DNA from: Lentisphaerota bacterium
GTDB taxonomy: Bacteria; Verrucomicrobiota; Lentisphaeria; Victivallales; UBA1829
Length of the DNA: 64,000 nt
Reading direction: 5' to 3'
Assembly: GCA_015061845.1 (NCBI GenBank)
Contig: SUVT01000001.1
Span: 10,953 to 74,952 of the forward strand
The notes under the pieces were generated by a model. The model saw only the letters and a list, made by a program, of their open reading frames with translations, did no database searches and had not been told where the DNA came from. The translations under genes and the position numbers were made by a program. Shown one piece after another: positions 40,399 through 51,275 of the stretch. Numbering within the stretch: the stretch's first letter is position 1; every line of letters begins with the position of its first letter.

Positions 40399-40455
40399 TT
40401 GACATTTCACCGCTTTATGGTATAATATGTATAATCAGAATAATGTGTATAATCA
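40399..40455 (+). promoter_or_regulatory. Sigma70 promoter with TGTATAATCA direct repeats
   Basis: TTGACA (40399-404)-16bp-TATAAT (40421-26); TGTATAATCA at 40428-37 and 40446-55. Confidence 0.7.
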
Positions 40456-40461
40456 CAGGAA

Positions 40462-41598
40462 GTGGATAAAATGTTGAATTTTCGGATTGAAAAAAATTCA
40501 GACAAGGCGATTTATGCCCAGTTGAAAGATGCCATCAAGACAGCTGTTGCCGATGGAAAGCTGCACCCGATGTCAAAACTCCCGCCTGTGTCTCAAATAG
40601 CAAAAGAAGCCGGTGTCAGTCTGCGGACAGCAGACATGGCACTTCAGGAATTGATCAATGAAGGAGTCTGCTTCCGGAGACCGAAGAAGGGAACCTTTAT
40701 TGCCGGGATAGACACTTCACGGAAACAGAAAATTTGCGGGATTCTCGGAACGCTCAATCCTGTTTCCTATCCGTTGCAAACGATTCTGTATTGCGGGATC
40801 ATGGAAGCAGCGGCAAGGAACAATTCTCCGGCATTTATGATTCCGCTTCCGGAAGCCGGAAAAGGAGAAACACCGGAAAGTGTGATCCGCCGCTGTGATC
40901 GGGGATTGGAATTTGAGTTGAAAGGAATTTTTGTCATTGATTTACAGCATCATAAAGCAGCTTTAGAACTGGCAAAAAAATTCCCGTCAAAGCGTTTTAT
41001 CCTTCTGAACTATCAGGGCGAATTTCTTAAAAATCTTCCGGAAAATGTTGCAGCAGTCATCAATGACGACTTTTTCGGGGCACATCATCTTGCAGAATAT
41101 GTTTTTTCTGAATACAAAGTCAAAACAGCCGTTGTACTTTCCATTGATCTTGATATCAACGATAATACTTATAAAGAGCGTGAAAAAGGGATCAAAGCCG
41201 CTGCCCGCAAGAATGGGGTTCATATGATGAAAACCATACAGCTCCCGCGCATATCCGGCTTTCTGGATAAGCAGGTGACAGCTGCAAAAGAAGCTGTTCA
41301 GGAGCTGCTGAACAAGAAAAACAGACCGGATTTTATTTTTGCCGTAAACGATGCTCTGGCTCATGGAGCAAGTGAAGTGATCAAAGAAACCGGTTTGCAA
41401 GATGAGATCAATGTCAGCGGATACGACGATCTGCACCCGCTCCGGGACAGTGATATTCCATCAGCGAAAGTTCTTTATACAGAGATGGGAAAAGTCGGAC
41501 TTCAAAAGATACTGGATCCCGGAAGTAAGATGCAATGTGTTGTAAAGCTGCTGCCGGAAATCATCAAGCCAGTCAGAAATATCAATTTAGAGAACTGA
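40462..41598 (+). CDS. GntR-HTH / LacI-type transcriptional regulator
   Basis: IYAQLKD..KLPPVSQIAKEAGVSLRT, KKGTFI; AVNDALA, GYDD. Confidence 0.9.
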   Translation: MDKMLNFRIEKNSDKAIYAQLKDAIKTAVADGKLHPMSKLPPVSQIAKEAGVSLRTADMALQELINEGVCFRRPKKGTFIAGIDTSRKQKICGILGTLNPVSYPLQTILYCGIMEAAARNNSPAFMIPLPEAGKGETPESVIRRCDRGLEFELKGIFVIDLQHHKAALELAKKFPSKRFILLNYQGEFLKNLPENVAAVINDDFFGAHHLAEYVFSEYKVKTAVVLSIDLDINDNTYKEREKGIKAAARKNGVHMMKTIQLPRISGFLDKQVTAAKEAVQELLNKKNRPDFIFAVNDALAHGASEVIKETGLQDEINVSGYDDLHPLRDSDIPSAKVLYTEMGKVGLQKILDPGSKMQCVVKLLPEIIKPVRNINLEN

Positions 41599-41798
41599 TT
41601 TCCAAAGTCTCTGCAAATATCAGAAAAATCTTGTAGTGTGCTGCAAATGAAGCGGTTCAGGGGATTACTCTTTGAACAGACGCTCCCGCACTGTCATTTT
41701 CAGCCCATCAGCAATCTTTTTCTGCCGATTTTTTCTGGACTTTTTTGGAATTGCTCAAAAGAAATTTCTTATACAAAACATCATAGAAAGGGAAAAAA

Positions 41799-42863
41799 AT
41801 GAGCTTAAAAGTACAACGTTTCAGCGGAAATCCGATTTTGGGTCCGCGTCCGGGGGTCCAGTGGCGCGGAACAGCCAGAAATCCCGGCGTCGTTTATGAC
41901 GGAACAAAATTCCACATGGTCTTTACTGCGGACTCCAACCCGGCAGATGGGATCATCCGTCTCGGTTATGCCCACAGTACGGATGGGTTTCATTTTACAG
42001 AACGGGAAGGTGTCTGGATGGATCACTCTTTTGAACCGAAAGATTTTGACCATGCCGGTTGTGAAGATGCCAGAGTGACATTTCTGGATGGACGGTATTA
42101 CATTGCTTATGCGGGGCGTTCGCTGAACGGACGCGATTACGCCAGCGGAACCAGACGCCGCGGACCGAACGGGAACATGAATCCGACATGGACAGACAAT
42201 TTCCGCCGGGTCGGACTGGCTGTCACAGATGATTTTGTCACTTACGAAAAGCTCGGTCCCATCACCAGTGAGCATATCAGTGATGCCAATGTGGCACTCT
42301 TTCCGGAAAAAATCAATGGAAAATATGCCATGCTTCACCGTCCGACGGCATTTATTCCGTGGATGCTCCCCCTGCACTATCACCCCGGCTGCATCTGGCT
42401 TGCGTTTTCAGATGATCTGACCCACTGGAGCAGCAACAAGCGGGAGATGCCCTGGGATATGATCGACGGGGAAGATGTTATGGATGAAGTACTTCTGATG
42501 GCGCCGGAAAAAGATTGGGAAGTCCTGAAAATCGGTGCTTCCGGAGTTCCGATCCCAACAGATGACGGCTGGCTGATGACCTACCATGCTGTAGACCGCC
42601 AAAGTGTCTACCGGATCGGGCTTGTGCTGTTGGATCGTGAAGATCCCCGGAAAGTGATTGCCCGTACACCGGAACCGATTTTTGAACCGGCAGACGAATG
42701 GGATTTCTCGAAATGGGGTCTCAGCTGTGTGTTCCCCTGTTCCAATGTCGTTGTCGGGGATGAAGTTTTCATGTATTACGGCTGCGGTGATAACTATGTC
42801 AGCCTTGCAACATTCTCACTGAAAGAAGCATTGGCTCACGTCAAGCAGTTCAGAAGATATTGA
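41799..42863 (+). CDS. GH130 family glycoside phosphorylase/glycosidase
   Basis: NPIL, RNPGV, GCEDARV, LFPEKINGKYAMLHRP, VFP, YYG. Confidence 0.9.
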   Translation: MSLKVQRFSGNPILGPRPGVQWRGTARNPGVVYDGTKFHMVFTADSNPADGIIRLGYAHSTDGFHFTEREGVWMDHSFEPKDFDHAGCEDARVTFLDGRYYIAYAGRSLNGRDYASGTRRRGPNGNMNPTWTDNFRRVGLAVTDDFVTYEKLGPITSEHISDANVALFPEKINGKYAMLHRPTAFIPWMLPLHYHPGCIWLAFSDDLTHWSSNKREMPWDMIDGEDVMDEVLLMAPEKDWEVLKIGASGVPIPTDDGWLMTYHAVDRQSVYRIGLVLLDREDPRKVIARTPEPIFEPADEWDFSKWGLSCVFPCSNVVVGDEVFMYYGCGDNYVSLATFSLKEALAHVKQFRRY

Positions 42864-42962
42864 AAAACATTGACTGATTTCCGGGCGGACGATCTCAAAC
42901 TGGCACGATGAAGCGGGATCATCCGAACGGCTGTCAGTTCAAATCCAGAACTTATAAACAAA

Positions 42963-43676
42963 ATGAAAACGAAGGAAGAAAGACTTATGAATCAATCCAG
43001 TTTAACATTCAGGAATGTCAGTAAATCCAGAAATTTCACACTGATCGAATTGCTTGTTGTGATTGCAATTATCGCGATTCTCGCAGGAATGTTGTTGCCT
43101 GCCCTGAACCAATCCAGAGAAAAGGGACGGGCCGCAAGCTGTACATCCAATCTGAAACAACTCGGTCTGACCAACGCAAGCTATTCTGCGGATAACAACG
43201 ATTACATGCCGAACGGACAGGCTCACGGAACCGGTCAGGCGTGGCAGAAACAGATTTATCCTTATCTCAGAACCAAAGGAAGTCCTTATAACTTCATGAC
43301 GGATCCGGTTGTACCGGTCTTTCTCTGTCCCACTGATAAAGCTCCGTGCGGTGGAAGATTCAGTTATTTTTATAATAAATATCTGATGTATCAAGTTGAT
43401 AGTGCGTTGAATACCCGCAACACAAAAGTCGGCAGACTCAAGTCTGATGGAATTGCTGCAGCAGATTCCAGGGGTGTGGGAAATTCGCTGAATGCGGCAG
43501 ACAATGTTTCCGGATCGATTTATGAAGATGAGCCGGGTAACGGATATCCGTTCCGTCTGGTAAAACGCCACTCCGGTCAGGTAAACATTCTTGCCATCGG
43601 TGGACATGTTTTCCAGAACAGCGGCACAGAACATAAGTCCGGAACAGTCGATAAAGACTTCTGGAACAGTCATTGA
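42963..43676 (+). CDS. Prepilin-type N-methylation (DUF1559-like) pseudopilin
   Basis: N|[50 protein letters not shown]; alternative start 42987. Confidence 0.9.
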   Translation: MKTKEERLMNQSSLTFRNVSKSRNFTLIELLVVIAIIAILAGMLLPALNQSREKGRAASCTSNLKQLGLTNASYSADNNDYMPNGQAHGTGQAWQKQIYPYLRTKGSPYNFMTDPVVPVFLCPTDKAPCGGRFSYFYNKYLMYQVDSALNTRNTKVGRLKSDGIAAADSRGVGNSLNAADNVSGSIYEDEPGNGYPFRLVKRHSGQVNILAIGGHVFQNSGTEHKSGTVDKDFWNSH

Positions 43677-43704
43677 TTTCAAGTTAAAGAGAAGGATGAT
43701 TTGA

Positions 43705-44274
43705 ATGATGAAAAAACTTTTTATATCATTGGCACTCACAGCAGCGGCTGCTCTTTCAGCTCAGAATGTTTTGCTGAATCCGGATTTTGAGGAGATCGTT
43801 CCTGCAAAATTTACTGCAAAACTGAAAAAGTATATTGATGCTGATGAGGTCCCCAAAGGATGGAGCTTCAATCCACCGTCCAATCCCTCCAAATTCACTA
43901 TGGTAACCGATGCAGAAACCTCTCAGAATGGCTCCTGTTATCTCCGTGTTGAACAGAAAGACCCGAAAAAGAACAGTTCCTGTTCCCAGTGGTGGCGTCC
44001 GGTCAAGGGTGGACAGACCTATCGTTTTACCGTTTGGGCAAAGGGAAACGGGAACCTTCTTCTGCAGGTTATTGCTTACGACAGAAAAATTAATGTACTC
44101 GGTTCGTTTGTGAACAACCGGAAAATGGAAAAGGTTTCCTCCGCTGAAGAGTGGAAGAAATACGAATATACATTCAAGATGCCGGAAAAGACTTCAAAGG
44201 TCGTTGTTCACATAAAAATGAATGGTGTGATTGATCTCGACAATGCATATCTCGGTCCGGCAGAAGCAAAATAA
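43705..44274 (+). CDS. Secreted CBM4/9-like galactose-binding-fold protein
   Basis: Signal peptide, NVLLNPDFE, YRFTVWAKG, IDLDN. Confidence 0.75.
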   Translation: MMKKLFISLALTAAAALSAQNVLLNPDFEEIVPAKFTAKLKKYIDADEVPKGWSFNPPSNPSKFTMVTDAETSQNGSCYLRVEQKDPKKNSSCSQWWRPVKGGQTYRFTVWAKGNGNLLLQVIAYDRKINVLGSFVNNRKMEKVSSAEEWKKYEYTFKMPEKTSKVVVHIKMNGVIDLDNAYLGPAEAK

Positions 44275-44295
44275 AAAGGAAGGGAAGAAAAGAAA

Positions 44296-47200
44296 ATGAA
44301 AAAATTGCTCAGTTGTCTTCTGGTAGTATTTTTCGGGGTGTTGTGCGCAGCGGCTCCGAGAATCACGATCGGGAAAACAGATAAAAAGCCTGTGATCGAC
44401 GGTTCGATCAAGGCTGAAGAGTGGAAGAATGCTGTGGAAATTTCGGGATTATCCTATTTCCTTGGAGGAAAATATCTTCCGTCGGATTTTGTATTCTATG
44501 CAATGTATGATGATCAGAATATCTACCTTGCGGCACGCAGTAGCTGCAAGGGCGGTCAGCCATTTAAAAAACCGGCTGAAAAAGATTTCTGGAGTAATGA
44601 TTCTCTTGATATCCGTTTCAGACCTGATTTGAAAGACAGAGGGGAATCTGTTTTTCTGGTAGCAACAGAAGCGATGGGAAGTGTATTTTACCGGAAAACA
44701 AACAAGCTGAAAGATTGGCAACCGTCCGGCATTACTGTAAAAGGAATTTTGCGTGATTCCGGCGAAATCGTGGGCGGGGTGAAAACCTTTGCCAAAGGGA
44801 TCTGGGAAGTGGAAATTGCAATTCCGTTCCGTGAACTCGGAATGCAGAAACCGGAAGATGGAAAAGAGATTGGTATTTCCCTGATGAGAAACTACTCGAC
44901 CAATTCCAGAATGAAAGATATGCGCTGGTGTTCCTGGAACCGTCACTCTCCGGGTAAAAGATTCGGGGGGCTCGAGGATTACGGACGTTTGGTTTTCGGC
45001 GGAAAAATCCCGGTGTATAAACTTGCTCCGCTTATGGATGATCTGACAGGCGGAGATGTTGCACTGCGCGGAGAAATCCGGAACCCATCAGGAAAAAACG
45101 TAAAAGTTTCTTCCGGAATGATCGTAACGATCCCTTCCCGGAAAAACAAAGTTGCCCTGAATAAATTTGTCGACAACACGCTGAAAAACGGACAGAATAT
45201 CAAGATCGACAACAAGGGAAAGGTTTATTTGCGCCGTGCGCTGGACCTGCACCTGACCAACCGCATCGTTGCTGATGGAAAAGTTCTGTATGAAAACACC
45301 ATTCTGTTTACGACGCTTCCGGCATTTCACTGTGAAATCATTCCGCTTTTCCTGCAGAATAAAATGATTTTGAGTTCCAATGTGAAGAAACTGGGCGGTC
45401 TCTCAAAAGATTTCAAGGTAACAGCATCCATCAAAGCAAAAGCTGACGGAAAAGAGATCAAAGGACTTACACTTTTACCGTATAAAGAACCGAAAGTTCT
45501 GCGGTGCATGACATCTCTTGCCATGTTCAAGCCCGGACTTCATATCGCAACCATCATGCTTCATGACAAAGGAAAACTGGTTGCTGTTCAAACCCATGAG
45601 TTCAACATTCCTGAAAAACCGGAATGGCTCGGCAATAAACTGGGGATCAGTGATAAAGTCCCGCCGCCGTTCACTCCGGTTACCAGTACAAAAGACTCTG
45701 TTTCCATGTGGGGAAGAACCTATAAATTCGGAAAGAGCCTCTTCCCGGAACAGATCATCAGTCAGGATGGAGCAGTCATCAGCGGGCCTATGGAACTGTG
45801 TGCTGTGACGGATAAGGGCAAAGTCGTCTGGAAGAATCCGAAACTGACCCGCCGTTATACAAAAGATACGGAAGCCGTGTTCGATTTTACGGCAACACAT
45901 CCGCAGCTGAATCTGAAGGGAACTGTAAAAGTCGAGTATGACGGATTTTCACGGATCGACTTCACCCTGGATCCCAAAAGCAAGGTGACACTCAAGCATC
46001 TCTCTTTGAAATTCAATACAACTGACAAGAATGCGTACTATGCAAGAGCATTGAGTACCGTGGATTCCATGGGGCTGGCTGCGTATCTGAAAAAAGATGG
46101 AACCGGCGGAGTCCTGAAGCAGAACATCTGGCGATTCTCCGGAAACGGCTGGAAATGGGAAGATGTCTTTATCTACTATCTCTGGGTTGGCGGCGATGAC
46201 TCCGGCGTGACACTCATGGTTGAATCTGATGAAGGATTCAATACGGATAAGTATGTTCAGATCACACCGAACGGAGAAACCTGCGATGTCGTCTGGAACT
46301 TCATCAACAAAGATACAAAAATCACTTCTGCCAGGACTTATTCCATGGTACTTCAGGCGACCCCTGTAAAGGCTATGCCGAAACCGGAAGCATATCGCTT
46401 CGGATATTATTTCCCCCTGCCGGAAAAGAACCAGTCTGCTATGAAAGGTACTTATGCAGCAGCGTGTTACTCAAAACTGGCAGCCGGCTGTGCTTATCCC
46501 GGTTTGACTCAATACGGGAAAAAACTAAGCTCCAAGATGTACAATCAGTATAACTTCCGTGTTTTTGCAGACGGTGCTTACAGCTGGGTGGCAACCGATC
46601 TTCCGATCCATCAGGTTTATGGAAAAGAGCTGCAGAATTCCTCCAACTTCAGCATGAATTACGGCGGGAAAAATACTGTTTCCTATTGCAGAAAAGGTGC
46701 ATTCACTGATTATCTGTGCTGGATCTACAAAAAACGGTTTGAAGATGGTGCAAGAGGAATGTACCATGACGGAGTGAACCTATCTTTCTGTAATTCAGAA
46801 TTCCATGGTTGCGGATATTTGAAAGAAGACGGTACAAGAGGCAAAACAAATAATGTCTTTGCTGTTCATGAAACATTCAAACGGCTTTATACCATGCACA
46901 AAGAGCTGGCTCCGGACTTCTTCACATTCGTTCATAATTCACCCATTACGCCTATCGGGGGATTTGCTGACGGATGCTGTGAAGGGGAATCCTGGACAGA
47001 AGATTACAGAAACATGACCACTCATCAGTTCCGAGCCGGTTTTGCGGTTTATAACAGAATGAGTGCGCCGTTCAATCTTTATCCCTTCGTTTCTTACAGC
47101 TGGAGATATAAAAATCTGAAGGCGGTAACAAAAACCTGGGAACTGATTCCGATCTGCTTGAGTTACAACATGTATCCGGCAAGCTCCGGAATCGGCGGCG

Positions 47201-47625
47201 GAGAAGATTGTATCGGTTTTGCGAATCTTTATCCGGTCTGGGAAATCATGGATGAATGGTTTACCACCTCCAAACTGTACCGGTTCTGGGATAAGGATAA
47301 TCCGGTCAAAGTGTCCACACCTGACCTGAAAGCAACTGTCTATCTGAAAAAGGATCAGAACAGAGCTTTGGTTCTGATTACCAATATTGACCGGAAAAAA
47401 GTCAATGGAACATTCACCATTGATACCGCAAAATTTTTCGGAAAGAAAGATGGTTATGAAATCCGTGAAATCTTCCCGACAGAATACGAATACACTACCA
47501 AAAAGGGCTTGGTTCTTCTGAAAAAGAAGAGTTCAGCTGTATTAAAGGAAAAACCGGGAACTCCGGTCAAGGCTTCATTTGATAAACGTGGAGTCCGTTA
47601 TTTTGAGGTTGTTAAAAAAAAATGA
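44296..47625 (+). CDS. Secreted CBM9-like + putative glycoside hydrolase (DUF6067/GH123-like) protein
   Basis: Signal peptide; PVIDG..EEW, YDDQNIYLA, WEVEIAIPF; VPPPFTP, EYDG, GMYHDG, HGCGY. Confidence 0.62.
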   Translation: MKKLLSCLLVVFFGVLCAAAPRITIGKTDKKPVIDGSIKAEEWKNAVEISGLSYFLGGKYLPSDFVFYAMYDDQNIYLAARSSCKGGQPFKKPAEKDFWSNDSLDIRFRPDLKDRGESVFLVATEAMGSVFYRKTNKLKDWQPSGITVKGILRDSGEIVGGVKTFAKGIWEVEIAIPFRELGMQKPEDGKEIGISLMRNYSTNSRMKDMRWCSWNRHSPGKRFGGLEDYGRLVFGGKIPVYKLAPLMDDLTGGDVALRGEIRNPSGKNVKVSSGMIVTIPSRKNKVALNKFVDNTLKNGQNIKIDNKGKVYLRRALDLHLTNRIVADGKVLYENTILFTTLPAFHCEIIPLFLQNKMILSSNVKKLGGLSKDFKVTASIKAKADGKEIKGLTLLPYKEPKVLRCMTSLAMFKPGLHIATIMLHDKGKLVAVQTHEFNIPEKPEWLGNKLGISDKVPPPFTPVTSTKDSVSMWGRTYKFGKSLFPEQIISQDGAVISGPMELCAVTDKGKVVWKNPKLTRRYTKDTEAVFDFTATHPQLNLKGTVKVEYDGFSRIDFTLDPKSKVTLKHLSLKFNTTDKNAYYARALSTVDSMGLAAYLKKDGTGGVLKQNIWRFSGNGWKWEDVFIYYLWVGGDDSGVTLMVESDEGFNTDKYVQITPNGETCDVVWNFINKDTKITSARTYSMVLQATPVKAMPKPEAYRFGYYFPLPEKNQSAMKGTYAAACYSKLAAGCAYPGLTQYGKKLSSKMYNQYNFRVFADGAYSWVATDLPIHQVYGKELQNSSNFSMNYGGKNTVSYCRKGAFTDYLCWIYKKRFEDGARGMYHDGVNLSFCNSEFHGCGYLKEDGTRGKTNNVFAVHETFKRLYTMHKELAPDFFTFVHNSPITPIGGFADGCCEGESWTEDYRNMTTHQFRAGFAVYNRMSAPFNLYPFVSYSWRYKNLKAVTKTWELIPICLSYNMYPASSGIGGGEDCIGFANLYPVWEIMDEWFTTSKLYRFWDKDNPVKVSTPDLKATVYLKKDQNRALVLITNIDRKKVNGTFTIDTAKFFGKKDGYEIREIFPTEYEYTTKKGLVLLKKKSSAVLKEKPGTPVKASFDKRGVRYFEVVKKK

Positions 47626-50600
47626 AAAACTTTGACTTGTGTGTTTATGGCGGAAATGCTGCGGGGATCTCCGCAGCATACACCGCAGCTGACCTCGGAT
47701 TGAATGTCGTTGTCGTGGAATACACGAACCATCCCGGCGGTATGAGTGCCGCCGGATTGGGACATACTGACCAGGGGGATTTTGACCAGCTGGGCGGAGT
47801 CTCTGAGATGTTCTATCAGCAGATCAGAAAACACTATCAGAACTCGGAATATGCCAGCCGCTATCAGGGTCCGAAAGGACACCGGCACGAACCCCATGTG
47901 GCAGAAAAAATCTTCTGGGATATGATCCGGGAAAAGAATATCACGTTCATCACAGGACATCGCCTGAACCGGGTGGAAATGGATGGCAAAAAGATCAAAA
48001 CTGCGATTTTTGATTATGCCCCGCCGGGTGTAGATGGCGTTCCCCCCGCAAAACCGGAAAAAGCGGAAGCATTGAAAATCTCTGCCCGTTATTTTATGGA
48101 TGCTTCTTACGAAGGAGATTTGCTTGCAAGCGCAGGTGTCTCTTATACTGTCGGAAGAGAATCCCGGGAAACATACGGAGAAAGTTATGCCGGTTACCGG
48201 GTCAATGGAGCTTTGGATATCGACGCATACAAGATCCCCGGGAAACCGGAAAGCGGAATTCTTCCGCTGCTTCAACCGTGGCAGGGGAAACAGAATGGGG
48301 AAGCGGATGAGACAACACAGGCTTACAACTTCCGCATGTGTCTGACTGACAGAGAAAATCAGGTAAAAATCACGCCCCCGCAAAATTATGATCCTGCCAC
48401 ATACGAAGTGTTCGGCAGATGGATCGCACTCTGGGAAAAGCAGAAGAAACCCATGCTGCCGGAACATTATCATGAACAGTTCAATCCCTATTTTCATCCG
48501 AGACTGCTCAAATTTTCTCCGATTCCAAACGGAAAAGTTGATTTGAACAATGCCGAGGGCGGAACAACGGACATGGTCGGTTTCAGCCGGGATTGGCCCG
48601 AAGGGAACTGGGAAGTCCGTTCCAAACTCTGGCAGCAGCATGTGGATTACACCAAAGGTTTGCTTTATTTTCTGCAGACAGATCCCCGGATCCGTCCGGA
48701 AACCAGAGCCGAACTTACACGCTGGGGCTTGCCCAAAGATGAGTTTAAAGATACCAATCACTGGCCCTTCCAGCTTTATGTCCGTGAAGCACGCCGGATG
48801 AAAGGGATGTATATCATGACTCAGAAGGATTGTCAGCAGGATCTTGCCGAAGATTCGATCGGGCTCGGTTCCTATCCGCTGGATTCCCATAACTGCAACC
48901 GTCTGGCTAAAGATGGAAAAATGTGTTTTGAGGGTTCTTTCTGGGATCATTCTGTCCGGGAATTTTACCGGATCTCCATGAGAGCCCTTCTGCCGGTTCA
49001 GAAAGAGTGCGAAAACCTGACGGTTCCCGTTTGCGTTTCTGCAAGTCATGTCTCTTATGCTTCCATGCGGATGGAACCTGTGATGATGGTCATGGGAGAA
49101 GCTGCTGGAGTTATCACTGCTCTCGCTGCGGAAAAAGATATTCCGGTTCAGAAAGTTGCTTACAAATCTGTTCAAAAGATCCTGAAAAACCGGAAAGGTT
49201 GTCTTGATCAGGAGGATCTGGAAAAGAAAAAGACGATTCCGTTCAAGCATATTTCGATTCAGCCTTACCGCTGGACAGAGGACGAAATCAAGGCGCAATG
49301 GAAGAAATGTGCCGACTTGGAAAAATGCGGGGTCACGCACTTTGCTTTCTGTTCCTCTCTTGAACCAAGCAATGCGGAAAAACCGTATATGCACGCAGAG
49401 GCGTTGGCTGCACAATTCCAGAAGATCCGTGCCGGACTCAAAGGAGATGCCAAAGCAGGATTCCTGATCCAGAGCACCCTTTCCCACGGATGGCGTTCGG
49501 AAGCGTTGCCGGGATTTTCTGAAATCATCACTCTGGACGGCAGAAACAATCACCGGTTCTGTCCCCTTGACAGAAATTTCCGGGAGTACATGAAAAATGT
49601 TGCGGTCATCCTCTGCAAAGCAAAACCGGATTTCCTTATTGTCGATGACGATTTCCGTATGGTTCTTGCCGGGATGGGGTGTTACTGTGATGCTCATTTG
49701 CAACGTTTTGCAAAACTTTCCGGGAAAAAGTATTCCAGAGAGGAACTTCAGAAGATTTTTGATCAGACGGATCCGGAATCACGGAAACTGGGGGATCTTT
49801 ATGTAAAGATGACGATGGACTCTCTGATGGAAGTTGCAGCCGCAATCCGCGAGGGAATCGACTCCGTCAACCCCGATCTTGAGTGCGGATACTGTACCTC
49901 CAGTGAAGGCGGGGAATTTGCCTATTCTGCAGATATGGCAAAAATCCTTGCAGGGAAAAATACGCCCTTTGTCCGTCTGAACAACGGTTTTTACATGGAA
50001 GACGGCGCATTGAGTTTCCCGTACCGGCAGATGAATACAGCAATAGAAACTTACTATATCAAAGATAAGGTCGATCAGGTAATTTCTGAATGTGACTCCT
50101 ACCCGCAAAACCGGTACAGCCTTTCCCTGACCGGACTGGATATGCACATCACCTCTTCTTTGATGACCGGATGCACCGGAGTGAAAATGTGGATTGAAAA
50201 CCACAGGTTCCATGATGAAAAGATCAATCGTCTTTACCTGAACTCCGTCAAAAAGAATTGGAAAAAATGGCGGGAGATCTATCACTCCGCACGCCGTTAC
50301 CGCTGGCTGGGTGCTGTCACCCCGCTTCCGGCAAAAGCTCCCACCTTCCTGAATCCCGCAAAAACAGGAAAACAGATCCGTACCGGAGATTTCATGGCAG
50401 ACTGTTTCGGCGTTCTCGGAATCGCCGGAAGCTATGGTGATGACGGAAGTTCCATCGTTGCGCTGACAGGGGATCAGCTGAAGTTCTTCTCTGATAATGA
50501 GTTGAAAGAGCTGTTAAAACGGAAGATGGTCACAGACATCAACGGAGCCAGAGAGCTGCTGTCCCGTGGAATGGGGAAAGAGATCGGTGTTGAAAAAGTG

Positions 50601-51215
50601 GTTGAACTTCCCCAGAGTGTAATGGAAGAAATCACAGATCCCGAACTCAAGAAAAAGAAAATCCCTTCCATCCTCTCATTCCAGAGAACCGGGGGCGGAC
50701 AGCTCGTCCCGATGAAAGGAGCAAGAGTCTTGACAACATTGGTCAGACCGCCTTTCCCCAATGGACCGACGCACTTGACCACGCCTGTCTCTCCCGGTGC
50801 CGTCATGTTCAAAAATGAGAGAGGCGGAACCATTATCACGCTTCCCATCCTCATGACAAGAGAAGTCTGGACGCGGAACATCAATCTTCACCATGCGGAC
50901 CGGAAACCTTATTTCCAGGCTCTGCTGGAACTGCTGGATGAAAAAAGAGCTCCGGTTTATGTCGATACTGACCTCAGCTGTTATCTGATGTATAAATTCC
51001 GCGGGGAAGACAACACTTTCCTTGCCGCAGTTTATAATCTCTCGCTTGATTCCATGGAAGAGATCGCGCTGCATCTCAGAAAAGAAGTCAAAGAGATCAG
51101 ATTGCTGCTGGATAACGGAAAGTGGAAATCCGTTCCGTTCAAACAGAAAAATGGAACTGTAAGATTCCAATGTCCGGAAGGACAACGAACCGTAGTCATT
51201 ACCGGTTCTTATTAA
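47622..51215 (+). CDS. Fusion: FAD-dependent oxidoreductase (FAD_oxidored-like) + GH-like TIM-barrel domain
   Basis: VYGGNAAG, GGM, DASYEGD, YVREARRM, SASHVSYASMRMEP; second half CPLD, VDDDFR, LRL, ECD. Confidence 0.75.
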   Translation: MKNFDLCVYGGNAAGISAAYTAADLGLNVVVVEYTNHPGGMSAAGLGHTDQGDFDQLGGVSEMFYQQIRKHYQNSEYASRYQGPKGHRHEPHVAEKIFWDMIREKNITFITGHRLNRVEMDGKKIKTAIFDYAPPGVDGVPPAKPEKAEALKISARYFMDASYEGDLLASAGVSYTVGRESRETYGESYAGYRVNGALDIDAYKIPGKPESGILPLLQPWQGKQNGEADETTQAYNFRMCLTDRENQVKITPPQNYDPATYEVFGRWIALWEKQKKPMLPEHYHEQFNPYFHPRLLKFSPIPNGKVDLNNAEGGTTDMVGFSRDWPEGNWEVRSKLWQQHVDYTKGLLYFLQTDPRIRPETRAELTRWGLPKDEFKDTNHWPFQLYVREARRMKGMYIMTQKDCQQDLAEDSIGLGSYPLDSHNCNRLAKDGKMCFEGSFWDHSVREFYRISMRALLPVQKECENLTVPVCVSASHVSYASMRMEPVMMVMGEAAGVITALAAEKDIPVQKVAYKSVQKILKNRKGCLDQEDLEKKKTIPFKHISIQPYRWTEDEIKAQWKKCADLEKCGVTHFAFCSSLEPSNAEKPYMHAEALAAQFQKIRAGLKGDAKAGFLIQSTLSHGWRSEALPGFSEIITLDGRNNHRFCPLDRNFREYMKNVAVILCKAKPDFLIVDDDFRMVLAGMGCYCDAHLQRFAKLSGKKYSREELQKIFDQTDPESRKLGDLYVKMTMDSLMEVAAAIREGIDSVNPDLECGYCTSSEGGEFAYSADMAKILAGKNTPFVRLNNGFYMEDGALSFPYRQMNTAIETYYIKDKVDQVISECDSYPQNRYSLSLTGLDMHITSSLMTGCTGVKMWIENHRFHDEKINRLYLNSVKKNWKKWREIYHSARRYRWLGAVTPLPAKAPTFLNPAKTGKQIRTGDFMADCFGVLGIAGSYGDDGSSIVALTGDQLKFFSDNELKELLKRKMVTDINGARELLSRGMGKEIGVEKVVELPQSVMEEITDPELKKKKIPSILSFQRTGGGQLVPMKGARVLTTLVRPPFPNGPTHLTTPVSPGAVMFKNERGGTIITLPILMTREVWTRNINLHHADRKPYFQALLELLDEKRAPVYVDTDLSCYLMYKFRGEDNTFLAAVYNLSLDSMEEIALHLRKEVKEIRLLLDNGKWKSVPFKQKNGTVRFQCPEGQRTVVITGSY

Positions 51216-51226
51216 GGTTGAAACCA

Positions 51227-51256
51227 CCTGACCGGAGAAATAAGTATCCGGTCAGG
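51227..51256. other. Intergenic 10-bp perfect stem-loop
   Basis: CCTGACCGGA-10nt-TCCGGTCAGG. Confidence 0.55.
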
Positions 51257-51275
51257 GAAAAATTGGAGAATAGAA

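Noticed and set aside
41611-41648. CTGCAAAT 8-bp direct repeat
   Set aside because: Too short, with no associated promoter or IS ends
47598-49703. 701-aa antisense ORF
   Set aside because: Lies wholly opposite a clear FAD oxidoreductase, with no motifs; a shadow ORF from codon bias
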